Source of the DNA: Candidatus Woesearchaeota archaeon
GTDB lineage: Archaea > Nanobdellota > Nanobdellia > Pacearchaeales > UBA284
Reading direction: 5' to 3'
Assembly (NCBI GenBank): GCA_964396475.1
Contig: CAYNFE010000002.1
Coordinates: 40,306 to 104,305 of the forward strand
Length of the DNA: 64,000 nt
Position 1 is the stretch's first letter. Each line of letters starts with the position of its first letter. The position numbers were made by a program, and so were the translations under genes. Below, piece after piece: positions 36,324 through 46,023 of the stretch. Under the pieces are notes generated by a model. It did no database searches. It was not told the DNA's origin and saw only the letters and a program-made list of their open reading frames with translations.

Positions 36324-36698
36324 CTAAAAAGTAAATTCTGGTAAGGGTTTTGATTTATATCCTTCTTTAGTTTTTTCTGCTCTAATCACAGTTTTACTCT
36401 CCCTAACTGTTTTCTCCAACAAAAGTAGGCCTCTTGCAATAGTTCTGTTTTGTTTCACAAGTTCATCTATTTTTGTTGACAATTCTTCTGACTCAACTGT
36501 TGGAGCTAAGGCCATCTCTTCAGTCCTAATCTCTTTAAATGACTTACTTGCATCTTCAAATAAATTTAATAGAGAAGAGACTTTTTTGTTAAGTGTCTTA
36601 AGTTCAAAAGCCAAGTTTGTTACTGTCTTTTGTAATGCTATGTTATTTTCCAAAAGTAAATCCATAGTATCCTTACTCATACCTCTTTTTTTTACCAT
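36324..36698 (-). CDS. hypothetical coiled-coil protein
   Basis: LLLENNIALQK...QNRTIARGLLLLE helical pattern. Confidence 0.7.
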   Translation of the reverse strand: MVKKRGMSKDTMDLLLENNIALQKTVTNLAFELKTLNKKVSSLLNLFEDASKSFKEIRTEEMALAPTVESEELSTKIDELVKQNRTIARGLLLLEKTVRESKTVIRAEKTKEGYKSKPLPEFTF

Positions 36699-36774
36699 GA
36701 TATTTGAAAGTTGAGGTAATTTAAAAATTTTTGCTTGATAAAATTTATAAGTCTCTGATATTTTTGTCTATTAT

Positions 36775-36858
36775 GCGGGAGTGTCGGAGTGGTCAAACGA
36801 GCAGGACTTAAGATCCTGTGGCTTAGTGCCTGCGCAGGTCCGAATCCTGTCTCCCGCA
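36775..36858 (+). tRNA. tRNA-Leu(TAA)
   Basis: Acceptor GCGGGAG/CTCCCGC, CAGGA-CTTAAGA-TCCTG, variable arm; T-loop reads TCCGAAT. Confidence 0.93.
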
Positions 36859-36896
36859 TTAGTAATGTTTAAAAGTTCTTTATCATTCTTTATGTT

Positions 36897-37159
36897 GGGT
36901 AGGTTAGGCTGGCACGCTAGCCCTGTGCCGTTTGTAAATGGGCTTTATGACAAGCTTAAGAGGAGGCGTTATATGCTTGCTCGAAAGTCCTGGCTTGGAC
37001 GTTGAGGTCTTGTCCTGCTTGATCTTGCCCTAATAAACCGGGTCAGTTCCGGAAGGAGGCAGCCCTAAGTTAGAGTTAAGATGCTTGTAGGGTTGCAAGG
37101 CTGAGGAAGAGTTAGGGTAGCTTTCTTGTTGGTATAAAAGCAAATCCTCGAACCTGCCC
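36897..37159 (+). ncRNA. ffs: signal recognition particle (7S) RNA
   Basis: Helix 8 GGGTCAGTTCC-GGAA-GGAGGCAGCCC (37040-37065); 5' GGGTAGGTT pairs with 3' AACCTGCCC; TATA upstream and T-run downstream. Confidence 0.9.
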
Positions 37160-37177
37160 TTTTTATAAAAAATCAAA

Positions 37178-37663
37178 ATGAAACAAGAAAAAAGAGGGCA
37201 ATTTTTCATTATATTTGCGGTAATTCTCGGCATTATCATTCTAGGATTAGCTACAGTGTTCAATACAGCAATAAGAACAGGAAGAGAAGGGATAACAGAA
37301 AAAAAATTCAATACAATGTGTCAGAATTACAAAGAAGAAACATATAGAGTAAGTCAGTATGCAATAAATACAACTAATAAAAGTAATGAGTCTGGCTTAA
37401 TCAAAGACTTTACAATAAAATACCTAAATTATGCTAAAAAAACTGATCCTGCCTTCGGTCTTGTCTATATTTATGGTAATGTTAGTAAAGTAATTATTTT
37501 CAATTCAACAACTACACAAGCCGAAACAATTCTAAATCCTCCAAATCCTTATCCTGTTCAAATAAGCGAAAAAATTAATAAAGAATATGAACTTTCTAAT
37601 GATGAAAGATTTTGGTTTGTTGCTATAACAGAAAAAGATGGTGAAGAATATGTTTGTGAATAA
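37178..37663 (+). CDS. class III signal-peptide (pilin-like) protein
   Basis: KRG/QFFII followed by hydrophobic helix. Confidence 0.8.
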   Translation: MKQEKRGQFFIIFAVILGIIILGLATVFNTAIRTGREGITEKKFNTMCQNYKEETYRVSQYAINTTNKSNESGLIKDFTIKYLNYAKKTDPAFGLVYIYGNVSKVIIFNSTTTQAETILNPPNPYPVQISEKINKEYELSNDERFWFVAITEKDGEEYVCE

Positions 37664-38156
37664 AAATAAAGATAAAAGAGGAGTAAGTATTCTTGTTTCT
37701 TATGTCTTACTTATTACTTTAGCTCTAGCTCTGGCAGCTGGAACATATTATTTCTTAAGAACTTATGCAGAAAAACCTCTTCCAGAAGAAGGATGTCCTG
37801 AAGGAACCAATGTAGTAATTGAAAATTATTCTTGTGAAGATAATATGTTAGACATAACTCTAAAAAACAGAGGACTACATAGTATTACAGGAGTATATAT
37901 TAAAATTGCTAATGAGTCAGAATCAGAGCTTTTGTATGATTTCTGGGAAATTACTTCTCGTTATGATCCTACTTGTATCAAATCTAATAATTGCACTCCT
38001 TGTGAATTATATCCTGGAGGAGAATGTAGTGAAACAGATATTCCTTATAATATTATAAAGAAAATAGTAATAATACCATACAAGGCAGAAGGATCTTACA
38101 CTTCTCTATGTGATAATGCCGTTATTAGCTTAAATGTTGAGTGTCCTCCTATTTAA
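37638..38156 (+). CDS. archaeal type IV pilin-like protein
   Basis: KRG/VSILVSYVLLI; L.N.G; multiple Cys. Confidence 0.85.
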   Translation: MVKNMFVNKNKDKRGVSILVSYVLLITLALALAAGTYYFLRTYAEKPLPEEGCPEGTNVVIENYSCEDNMLDITLKNRGLHSITGVYIKIANESESELLYDFWEITSRYDPTCIKSNNCTPCELYPGGECSETDIPYNIIKKIVIIPYKAEGSYTSLCDNAVISLNVECPPI

Positions 38157-38190
38157 TAAAATATATAAATCAGAAAAACAATAAATAACT

Positions 38191-38631
38191 ATGGAAGATA
38201 AAAGAGGAATTTCACCTGTTATTGCGACAGTCTTATTAATTGTTGTAGCAATAGTCCTTTTCTTGCTCATATTTATGTGGATTAGAGGTTTTCAAAAAGA
38301 AGCTATAACAAAGCAAGGAACACCTATAGAGACTATGTGTCTAGAGGTTAATTTTGATTTAGTAAAAAGTGGAAATACACTACAGATAATTAATACAGGA
38401 AATGTTCTGATTTACAATGCAAAGGTCTATGTTACTAACGGTGACACTACACTTATTACAGAAAATACTGGAACCATAGCACAAGGCAGCATCATAAGCG
38501 TTACAAATAATCTGATTGAGTCATGTACTACTGAAAAAATAAAAGTTATTCCTGTCTTACTTGGAACAACTAAAAGTGGAGCTCAGAAAGAGTATGTTTG
38601 TGAGAAACAAGCACAAATAATTCCATGTTAA
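38191..38631 (+). CDS. archaeal type IV pilin-like protein
   Basis: KRG/ISPVIATVLLI. Confidence 0.9.
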   Translation: MEDKRGISPVIATVLLIVVAIVLFLLIFMWIRGFQKEAITKQGTPIETMCLEVNFDLVKSGNTLQIINTGNVLIYNAKVYVTNGDTTLITENTGTIAQGSIISVTNNLIESCTTEKIKVIPVLLGTTKSGAQKEYVCEKQAQIIPC

Positions 38632-38643
38632 ATTCAATTAATC

Positions 38644-39243
38644 ATGCTAAAAGAGGTAAATAAAATAATGAAAAATAAAAAAGGAATTGCTCCAGTGATT
38701 GCCACAGTTTTATTGATAGTGATAGTTATTGTTGCAGTAGCTCTAATTATTGCTTTTATAATACCATTTATGCAACAACAAATGGGAGAAGCAGAGTTAT
38801 GTTATGAGGCCAGAGTTGACATAAAAGAAGCTTGTTACTATGATGAACCTATTCTTAAGGTGCGTATTGGAAGAGGTGCAAAAGAATTTGATCTCACAGG
38901 AATGATGTTACAAGTTTCAACTGCCACAGAAACAAAGACCTATAAGATAACTGATGAATTAAAAGCTTTAGAAGAAAAAACATTTGAGATAAACACAGAA
39001 GCAGAATTTAGCTTTAACAGCACAGATGTTGTTTCAATAGCAATAGCACCAATAGTGAGAAGTGGTGAAACAGAAAAAACTTGTGAAGTTACATCAACAA
39101 AAACTCAGATAATAAAATGCTTATGCAACTGTTTTGATTTAGAATGTGGTGTAGATAGTTGTGGAGAAAATAACGATGCATGTGGAACATGTGGTACTGG
39201 CAAGATATGTGTTAGTGGTGTGTGTACAGATCAATCACTATAA
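38644..39243 (+). CDS. archaeal type IV pilin-like protein with Cys-rich C-terminal module
   Basis: KKG/IAPVIATVLLI; tail CLCNC...ECGVDSCG...CGTC...C...C. Confidence 0.88.
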   Translation: MLKEVNKIMKNKKGIAPVIATVLLIVIVIVAVALIIAFIIPFMQQQMGEAELCYEARVDIKEACYYDEPILKVRIGRGAKEFDLTGMMLQVSTATETKTYKITDELKALEEKTFEINTEAEFSFNSTDVVSIAIAPIVRSGETEKTCEVTSTKTQIIKCLCNCFDLECGVDSCGENNDACGTCGTGKICVSGVCTDQSL

Positions 39244-39253
39244 TAAATAAAAA

Positions 39254-39769
39254 ATGAAAAAACAAGCAGTAGTCTGGGTTTCTACAGTTCTTTATATCTT
39301 GATTAGCTTGGCTGTTCTTGGTATTGTGCTAGCTGCTGTGCAGCCAAGAATTAATGCAGCCAGAGATAAGGCAGCCATAGATCAGACAATTAATCTTCTT
39401 AATGAACTAGACCAGAAAATAATTGAGGTTGATAATTCTGCAGAAGGAAATGTTCGTTCACTCAACTTGCAAATAAAAAGAGGCATCCTTACAATTGATG
39501 AGGAAAATGATAGAATAAGATGGCAATTAGCAGATTCTTCTTATAAATACAGCGAGTTAAAAAGAATAGTCAAGGTAGGCAGGATTGATGCTTATACACT
39601 AGAGTCTGCTAGTGGTTTCAATGTTACTCTAACATTAAATTATATTGGCACTCTTGACTTAGTTTCTAATCTTCAGCCATTACAATCTGCTGAAATACCT
39701 TATAAACTCTTCATAAAGAATAATGGCTTAGTTAATGAGATTAATGAAATTGAGATTTATTCTTCTTAA
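39254..39769 (+). CDS. pilin-like protein
   Basis: KKQA/VVWVSTVLYILI followed by hydrophobic helix; in the pilin run. Confidence 0.7.
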   Translation: MKKQAVVWVSTVLYILISLAVLGIVLAAVQPRINAARDKAAIDQTINLLNELDQKIIEVDNSAEGNVRSLNLQIKRGILTIDEENDRIRWQLADSSYKYSELKRIVKVGRIDAYTLESASGFNVTLTLNYIGTLDLVSNLQPLQSAEIPYKLFIKNNGLVNEINEIEIYSS

Positions 39770-39806
39770 TAAGAAAATTTAAATATACTTTATTACTTTT
39801 TTCCCT

Positions 39807-41102
39807 ATGCTTGATCCAAAGATTATAAGAGAAAAGCCAAAAGAGGTTAAAGAGAGTTTAAGAAGAAGGCAGCTTGATCCTAAACTTGTTGATGCTTTTA
39901 TTACAAAAGATAAGAAATACAGAAAATTAAAAGTAGGAGTTGAAAAATTAAGATATCAACGTAATAAGATTTCTGAAGATATTAACAGATTGAAAAAATT
40001 AAATAAAAGTGCAGAAGTAAGAAAAAAGATAAAAGAGGCTAAAGAAATTCCTGGCAAAATCAGGAAGTTAGAAGAGGAAATAAAGAGACTAGAACCGAAT
40101 ATAAAAAATCTGCTTCTTACAATTCCAAATATACCAGCAAAAGATGTTCCTATAGGTAAGAGTGAGAAAGACAATAAAATTCTAAAAAAAGTTGGAACAA
40201 TACCAAAATTTAAATTCAAATTAAAGGGCCATGAAGAACTGGCTATTGATTTAAATTTATTAGATATTGAGAGAGCTGCTAAAGTTTCAGGAGCTCGTTT
40301 TTATTATCTAAAAAATGAACTTGTTATTCTTAATTACGCTTTACAAAAATTTGCTTTAGATTTCATGAAGAAGAAAGGCCATCAACTTATGGAGCCTCCT
40401 TTTATGTTAAAAAAAAGACCTTATGAAGGTGTTGTTCATCTTGAGCAATTTGAAGAGATGTTGTATAAAATTCATGATGAAGATCTTTACCTGATAGCAA
40501 CAGCAGAACATCCAATGGCAGCTTATTATATGAATGAAATCTTAAATGAGAGAAAATTGCCAATAAAGTTTGCTGGAATAAGCCCTTGTTTTAGGAAAGA
40601 AGCTGGAAGTCACGGCAGAGATACTAAAGGAATCTTCAGAGTTCATCAATTTAATAAGATAGAGCAATTCATATTTTGTAGACCAGAAGAGAGTGAGAAA
40701 TTTCATAAAGAACTTTTAAAGAATACAGAAGAAATTTACAAAGCATTAAAGATTCCATATAGAGTTGTTTTGATGTGCACAAGTGAAACAAATAAACTTG
40801 CTTCAAAACATTATGATATTGATTTGTGGTTCCCTGCTCAAAAAGTTTATAGAGAGATTGCTTCATGTTCTAATTGTACAGATTATCAAGCCAGAAGGTT
40901 GAATATTAGATTCTTTGATAAAAAAGGCCATAGAAAATTTGTGCATACATTAAATTCTACTGCTATACCAACTCAAAGAACTATCGCAGCCATTCTTGAA
41001 AATTATCAACAAAAGGATGGCAGCATTAAGATTCCTAATGTTCTACAAAAATATTGTGGATTCAAAAAAATTGAAAAGATAAAAATCAAGAAAAAAAAGT
41101 GA
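39807..41102 (+). CDS. serS: seryl-tRNA synthetase
   Basis: N-terminal coiled arm, TAEH, FRKEAG, GIFRVHQF, EIASCSNCTDYQARRL. Confidence 0.97.
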   Translation: MLDPKIIREKPKEVKESLRRRQLDPKLVDAFITKDKKYRKLKVGVEKLRYQRNKISEDINRLKKLNKSAEVRKKIKEAKEIPGKIRKLEEEIKRLEPNIKNLLLTIPNIPAKDVPIGKSEKDNKILKKVGTIPKFKFKLKGHEELAIDLNLLDIERAAKVSGARFYYLKNELVILNYALQKFALDFMKKKGHQLMEPPFMLKKRPYEGVVHLEQFEEMLYKIHDEDLYLIATAEHPMAAYYMNEILNERKLPIKFAGISPCFRKEAGSHGRDTKGIFRVHQFNKIEQFIFCRPEESEKFHKELLKNTEEIYKALKIPYRVVLMCTSETNKLASKHYDIDLWFPAQKVYREIASCSNCTDYQARRLNIRFFDKKGHRKFVHTLNSTAIPTQRTIAAILENYQQKDGSIKIPNVLQKYCGFKKIEKIKIKKKK

Positions 41103-41115
41103 AAGGAGGTGTTAA

Positions 41116-41526
41116 ATGAAAAAGTCTACAGCTGAATTGTGGGTAAAAATCATAGCTATTATTGGATTTATTGGAGCAGTATTTGCAGTTATTGGTGGTA
41201 TTGCTATGCTTCTTGGTGGAACTTTTCTTTCAGCAATCATACCATTCATGGAGAATGGAATGTTCCAAGGAGCTTTTGTCGGTGCTTTTTTTATTGTTAC
41301 AGCTATAGTAACTTTAGCCCTAGGTGTATTTATGTTTATAGTGGCTCTAAACTTATGGAAACATCAAAATTGGGCAAGAATCGTTATGATAATTTTCGCA
41401 ATTTTTGGAGTAATATCTAGTCTACCATCTTTATTGATAGGAACAGGAATCATAGGTTTGATAATTAATGGTGGTATTTTCTATCTATTAACATTCCAGA
41501 AAGATATCATAAAGCTCTTTAGATAA
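41116..41526 (+). CDS. 4-TM membrane protein
   Basis: Hydrophobic helices, W.H.NWAR motif; SD-like GGAGGTG upstream. Confidence 0.8.
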   Translation: MKKSTAELWVKIIAIIGFIGAVFAVIGGIAMLLGGTFLSAIIPFMENGMFQGAFVGAFFIVTAIVTLALGVFMFIVALNLWKHQNWARIVMIIFAIFGVISSLPSLLIGTGIIGLIINGGIFYLLTFQKDIIKLFR

Positions 41527-41633
41527 TTTAATTTATTTTTTTTCTTTTTTTATTTTTTATTTTATTACTATTTTATAATGACTAAAATTAGTAAATTTTA
41601 AATAGTTCTTTTTATATGATTTAATAAGACAAA

Positions 41634-43112
41634 ATGAAAGCAGACTCTGACCTAGACTCAAAACTAAAAAATTTACAAGAATATCCAGACTTAGAAGACT
41701 CACTTAAAAATTTACAAGAGTTATGCATGGATATAGCTACTTTTTATAGTGAAAAGGATATGCAAAAGTACTTTTCACTTTCTTTCATATTAATAGGGCG
41801 CCAAAATAAAAAGGAAAAACTTGTTGAAAAGCTTAAAAATCTTAAGAGTGTTCTTGAAGATCCACAGATTCCAAAAGAAATTGTAGATAAAACTTATGAT
41901 GCATATAAGATATTAACCTCTAACATTCTTGATGAAGAAACAAAACCTATAGGTTCACTTAGAGGATATATATTTGATGAAGTAATCAGGGCAGAAGAAA
42001 TCAAAAGGCCTTCTGAAGAGCAACCAGAAGAAGCCATAAAAGAACAGATACAAGATATAACAAAATATACAAAACCAGAAATAGAAACCCCTATCCAAAA
42101 ACATGAGCCTCCAAAACCTAAGCATGTAATAGAAAAAAAAGAACCTGAGCCTGTAAAAAAACATTATGAAAAAAGGCTTAAACCTATTAAAAAGGAAAAG
42201 AAAGAGAAAGTTAAAAAAGTTAAAGCTAAGAAAAAGAAAACAAGAAAAACAACAAAAAGAATTATGGGTTTAGCTATACCTTTGGGTGTTCTTACTGCAG
42301 GAATTATCACCACAGCTTCTCTTTATTATACTCAAAAAAATAAAATAGATTCAATTAATCAAGAAATAGCAGAAACACAAAAAATATGTCAGTATACTGT
42401 AGAAAAAGGAAAAATTAAAGAGCTTGCTAAAAAACTTTCTGGTCAGACATTATATGCTAAAGATTTAATTGCTATTATTCAAGATAGCACAGATATCAAA
42501 TCAGGAAAATACAAATTAAATGATTTAATATCTTGTGATGATCATTATTTTGAAGAAGATATCAATGAGTATTTTGAAAATACTGAGATTAATGTTAAGA
42601 AAAGAAAGAAACCACTAAATCAACCTTTGGGTGCTCCTGTCATTTTTGCGGCAGGTTATGGTGTAGTTGGCAGAATAATATGGGGGGGTATTGATAATAA
42701 ACCACATGGCGGCATAGATTTTTGTAGCAAGGATCCAAATATTTATGCAGCTGGAGATGGTATTGTAGTTAAAGTAAAAAACAAATATAAGAAGTGGAAA
42801 GGATATGGTAAATTTCTAGATATACGGCATCATTATGGAGATGTAGAATTTATTACAAGATATGGTCATTGCAAAAATATCTCTGTAAGTGTAGGTGATT
42901 CTGTAAACTTAGGTGATAAAATAGCCGAGCTAGGAAGAACCGGAAGAGCAACAGGAGTACATTTACATTTTGAAGTTAGAAAAAAATGGGGACATGTTAA
43001 TCCAGGACCTTATTATGAAAAAATAACAGCTTGTCAAGTTAAGGAAAATAATTCTAATGCATATCAGATCTATAAGAGACTTAATAATGAGCAAGCAACT
43101 GTAAATAAGTAG
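41634..43112 (+). CDS. membrane-anchored M23 family metallopeptidase
   Basis: TM near aa 210-232; HGGID, AAGDG.V, GYG, YGH, TGRATGVHLHFEVR. Confidence 0.9.
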   Translation: MKADSDLDSKLKNLQEYPDLEDSLKNLQELCMDIATFYSEKDMQKYFSLSFILIGRQNKKEKLVEKLKNLKSVLEDPQIPKEIVDKTYDAYKILTSNILDEETKPIGSLRGYIFDEVIRAEEIKRPSEEQPEEAIKEQIQDITKYTKPEIETPIQKHEPPKPKHVIEKKEPEPVKKHYEKRLKPIKKEKKEKVKKVKAKKKKTRKTTKRIMGLAIPLGVLTAGIITTASLYYTQKNKIDSINQEIAETQKICQYTVEKGKIKELAKKLSGQTLYAKDLIAIIQDSTDIKSGKYKLNDLISCDDHYFEEDINEYFENTEINVKKRKKPLNQPLGAPVIFAAGYGVVGRIIWGGIDNKPHGGIDFCSKDPNIYAAGDGIVVKVKNKYKKWKGYGKFLDIRHHYGDVEFITRYGHCKNISVSVGDSVNLGDKIAELGRTGRATGVHLHFEVRKKWGHVNPGPYYEKITACQVKENNSNAYQIYKRLNNEQATVNK

Positions 43113-43146
43113 ATAATTTTTTAAATTACTTATTCTTTTTATTAAT

Positions 43147-43833
43147 ATGATTAAAAAATTAAGAAAGAGAAAGAAAACTAAGAAAAAAGCAAAAAAGAAA
43201 TCCAAAAAAGAAAAAGTTAAACATCTTAAGATTTTAGCTATTGGAGACTTGCATGGAGACAGCAGACAAGCTTCAAAATTAGCAAAGAAAGCTAAAAAAG
43301 AGAAAGTTGATCTTGTAATTTTGTCAGGAGACTTAACTTTTGCTGAGTCTAGTATTGATTATCTTGTCGGACCTTTTGCAAAACGTAAACTTGATATCTT
43401 AATTATCCCGGGAAATCATGAAACTCTGGCTACAATAAATTTTCTTGAAAAAATATATAGCCCACAAGTCAAAAATATTCATGGTAAAGGTATCAAAAAA
43501 GCAGATATAGGAATTTTTGGAGCAGGAGGCGCAAACATAGGTTTATTTCAGTTAAGTGAGAAAGAGATTTATGACACTCTGGAAAAAGGATTCAAAAAAA
43601 TAAAAAAAATAAATAAAAAGATCATGATTACTCATGTTCATCCTTCAAAAACCTTAATGGCTAAACTTAGTTCTTTTGTTCCTGGAAGCACTGGTGTCAG
43701 GAGGGCCATTCTAAAATTTAAACCAGATCTGGCTATCTGTAGCCATGTTCATGAAGCTGAAGGAATCGAGGAAAAGATAGGCAATACAAAAGTTATAAAT
43801 GTAGGAAAAAAAGGCAAGATAATTGTTATTTAA
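43147..43833 (+). CDS. calcineurin-like metallophosphoesterase
   Basis: GDLHG, GDL, GNHE, THVHP, SHVHE. Confidence 0.9.
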   Translation: MIKKLRKRKKTKKKAKKKSKKEKVKHLKILAIGDLHGDSRQASKLAKKAKKEKVDLVILSGDLTFAESSIDYLVGPFAKRKLDILIIPGNHETLATINFLEKIYSPQVKNIHGKGIKKADIGIFGAGGANIGLFQLSEKEIYDTLEKGFKKIKKINKKIMITHVHPSKTLMAKLSSFVPGSTGVRRAILKFKPDLAICSHVHEAEGIEEKIGNTKVINVGKKGKIIVI

Positions 43834-44287
43834 AATGAAAAATAAAAAAAGAGTATCAAAATCACCAAAACAATTAGGAATAGTAAGAGCTGTAATAGCT
43901 TCTGGTCCTGTGATAATCAAGAATAAAAAAATGCTTGTTGTCCTCGACGATAAAGATCCATTTCTTAAATTTCCAGGTGGTTCAATATTCAAAAATAAAA
44001 CTCTGAAAGAGACATGCAAAATAGAAACAAGACAAGAAATAAAATGTAATATTAAAATTATTAAAGAACTAGAACCAATAATGTTATGGAAAAAACCACA
44101 TACAGGAGAAAAAATTCCCGTTGTTCTTATACACTGGCTTTCAAAATTAAAGAAAGGACAAAAACCAAAGAAAGGTAGACATACAAAAGAGATTTTATGG
44201 ATAGATTCTAAATACAAAGGTTATAAATTAGCACCAAATGTCTGGTATTTTCTAAAAAATCTGAAAAAAGAGAAGAAAATTAATTAA
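43823..44287 (+). CDS. degenerate Nudix-fold protein
   Basis: FPGGSI...ETCKIETRQEI, a partial Nudix box. Confidence 0.65.
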   Translation: MLFKMKNKKRVSKSPKQLGIVRAVIASGPVIIKNKKMLVVLDDKDPFLKFPGGSIFKNKTLKETCKIETRQEIKCNIKIIKELEPIMLWKKPHTGEKIPVVLIHWLSKLKKGQKPKKGRHTKEILWIDSKYKGYKLAPNVWYFLKNLKKEKKIN

Positions 44288-45632
44288 AATATTTAACCAT
44301 ATAACCTTTTTCTAATTTATAGTTAAGTTTTCTATAATATTCACGAACACCAACTCCGCTAATTATAGATATTTTTTTACATTCACTCTCTAAAGCTACT
44401 TTCTCAGCTTCATTCATCAACCACTTTCCTAAACCAGTGTGTTGAGTTTTTCCCCTCTCTCTCTTACCTATCTCAAGAGTAGGACCATATATATGAAGTT
44501 CTCTAATAATCAATGTTTTGCTCTTATCAGGAATCCTTAATCTTATGAGGCCAAAAATAATATCATCTTCATTAATAACCTCAATAAAAAATTCTTTTCC
44601 TTTTGAAGCATTATATTGAATTTTATTTAATTCAAGATCTTTTTTAATCTCTTTTTTCTCAAGCAAAGCAAAACCAATTTCTCTGCAACGAATACATTTA
44701 CATTTAAGACCTTGTTCTAACATTTTTTCATGAATAACTTTACGTAAGTCAATTCTTATAGTTCCTGCAACAAGAAAATCAGGAGGAATTTCCCTCATAA
44801 TCCTCATAATTCTACAATATTTTGGAACAATTTTCTTAAATTCTATAAGAAGTTTAATCAGCTGTTCTTTTGTATATGGTTTGTATTTTCCTTCTTCGTA
44901 TAGTTTTACAAGTGCGGCTCCTTTAATGACTTGTGTTGGATATATCTTAAGTTGATCTGGCTTGAAATCAGGATTTGAAAATAATTCTTTAAACATCTTG
45001 ATATCTTTTTTAAAATTAGAGCCAGGCAAGCCAGGCATTATATGATAACCTATTTTAAAGCCAGCATTTTTTAATCTTTTTGTAGCATCAATAACATCTT
45101 TAACAGTATGACCTCTACAAACTTTCTTGTAGATTTTATCATCGGGCGCTTGAACACCAATTTCAACTCTTGTACATCCAAATTCTAACATTCTTTCTAT
45201 ATCTTCTTGAGAACAAAAATCAGGACGAGTTTCTATACATAAAGCTATACATCTATGTTTTGCTTTCTCATTTAGTTTTTTAGCTTCTTCAAGATTTTTT
45301 GATTTTTTTCCATTTAAAGCATCAAAACAATTCTTAATGAAATTATATTGATAATCTATTGGATAAGCTGTAAAAGTCCCACCAAGGATTATAAGCTCAA
45401 TTTTATCTGTTGGATGTCCCATAGCTTTAAATGCTTTAAGACGAGCCAGAACTTGTTTGTAAGGATCATAATTTAATGACATAGCGCGCATTATTGCTGG
45501 ACTTTTTGGAGTATAAGATTGAGGAACTGCTAAACTTGGACAATATAAACAAGTTCCATGAGGACATTTTCTTGGTTTGATAACCACTGCTAATGGTGTT
45601 ACTCCGCTTATGGTTTTAGTAGGTTTTCTCAT
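44280..45632 (-). CDS. elp3: Elp3 tRNA U34 carboxymethyltransferase (radical SAM + KAT)
   Basis: CPHGTCLYCP, PQSY, GGTF, ETRPD, KIYP, CIRCRE, RELHIYG, QHTGLG, GVREYY. Confidence 0.95.
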   Translation of the reverse strand: MRKPTKTISGVTPLAVVIKPRKCPHGTCLYCPSLAVPQSYTPKSPAIMRAMSLNYDPYKQVLARLKAFKAMGHPTDKIELIILGGTFTAYPIDYQYNFIKNCFDALNGKKSKNLEEAKKLNEKAKHRCIALCIETRPDFCSQEDIERMLEFGCTRVEIGVQAPDDKIYKKVCRGHTVKDVIDATKRLKNAGFKIGYHIMPGLPGSNFKKDIKMFKELFSNPDFKPDQLKIYPTQVIKGAALVKLYEEGKYKPYTKEQLIKLLIEFKKIVPKYCRIMRIMREIPPDFLVAGTIRIDLRKVIHEKMLEQGLKCKCIRCREIGFALLEKKEIKKDLELNKIQYNASKGKEFFIEVINEDDIIFGLIRLRIPDKSKTLIIRELHIYGPTLEIGKRERGKTQHTGLGKWLMNEAEKVALESECKKISIISGVGVREYYRKLNYKLEKGYMVKYFN

Positions 45633-45634
45633 TT

Positions 45635-45967
45635 TTATTTTTTATTACTTAACTCTTTATAAACTACTTCCTTAATAAAATTAGATTCAATATATCTCTT
45701 AATATATCTTGCTTTTGTTAAATCACAAAAAATATCTAAACGTTGAACTCCTTTTGGATGAAAAATTTTTGCTTTAAAAAAACATCTTTTTGCTTGATTA
45801 AACCCATCAATTTTTATATAAGGCGCTCTTACATTTTTTCCACCTTCTATTATACCATAAGCATTAATTTCAACACTTTCATCTAATCTAAGAATTTCTT
45901 CTAACATTGATTTTGTATCTTCGAAAACTCTTGAGTTGCCCCATGAAAGAGTATCTTTATTCTTCAT
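45635..45967 (-). CDS. hypothetical protein
   Basis: ATG ORF 2 nt upstream of elp3. Confidence 0.65.
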   Translation of the reverse strand: MKNKDTLSWGNSRVFEDTKSMLEEILRLDESVEINAYGIIEGGKNVRAPYIKIDGFNQAKRCFFKAKIFHPKGVQRLDIFCDLTKARYIKRYIESNFIKEVVYKELSNKK

Positions 45968-46023
45968 TTTTTCTCTTAGCCTTTATTGGAATGTTTTTTA
46001 AATTTAAAAAACTTCTTGAAAAT

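Noticed and set aside
36897..37159. RNase P RNA (GAAAGTCC at about 36983 and GAGGAA at about 37103)
   Set aside because: The motifs are not in RNase P order; the SRP helix 8 signature and terminal pairing explain the region
36781..37311. Track ORFs 36781-37005 and 37030-37311
   Set aside because: They overlap tRNA-Leu and the SRP RNA
41649..41719. 39-bp-period duplication encoding DLDSKLKNLQE / DLEDSLKNLQE
   Set aside because: Only two degenerate in-frame copies; an ordinary local duplication
43147..43220. Lys-rich terminal tails on many proteins (uS2, TopA, MNT, SerRS, phosphoesterase) as a targeting signal
   Set aside because: Cannot be separated from the A-rich compositional bias without comparative data
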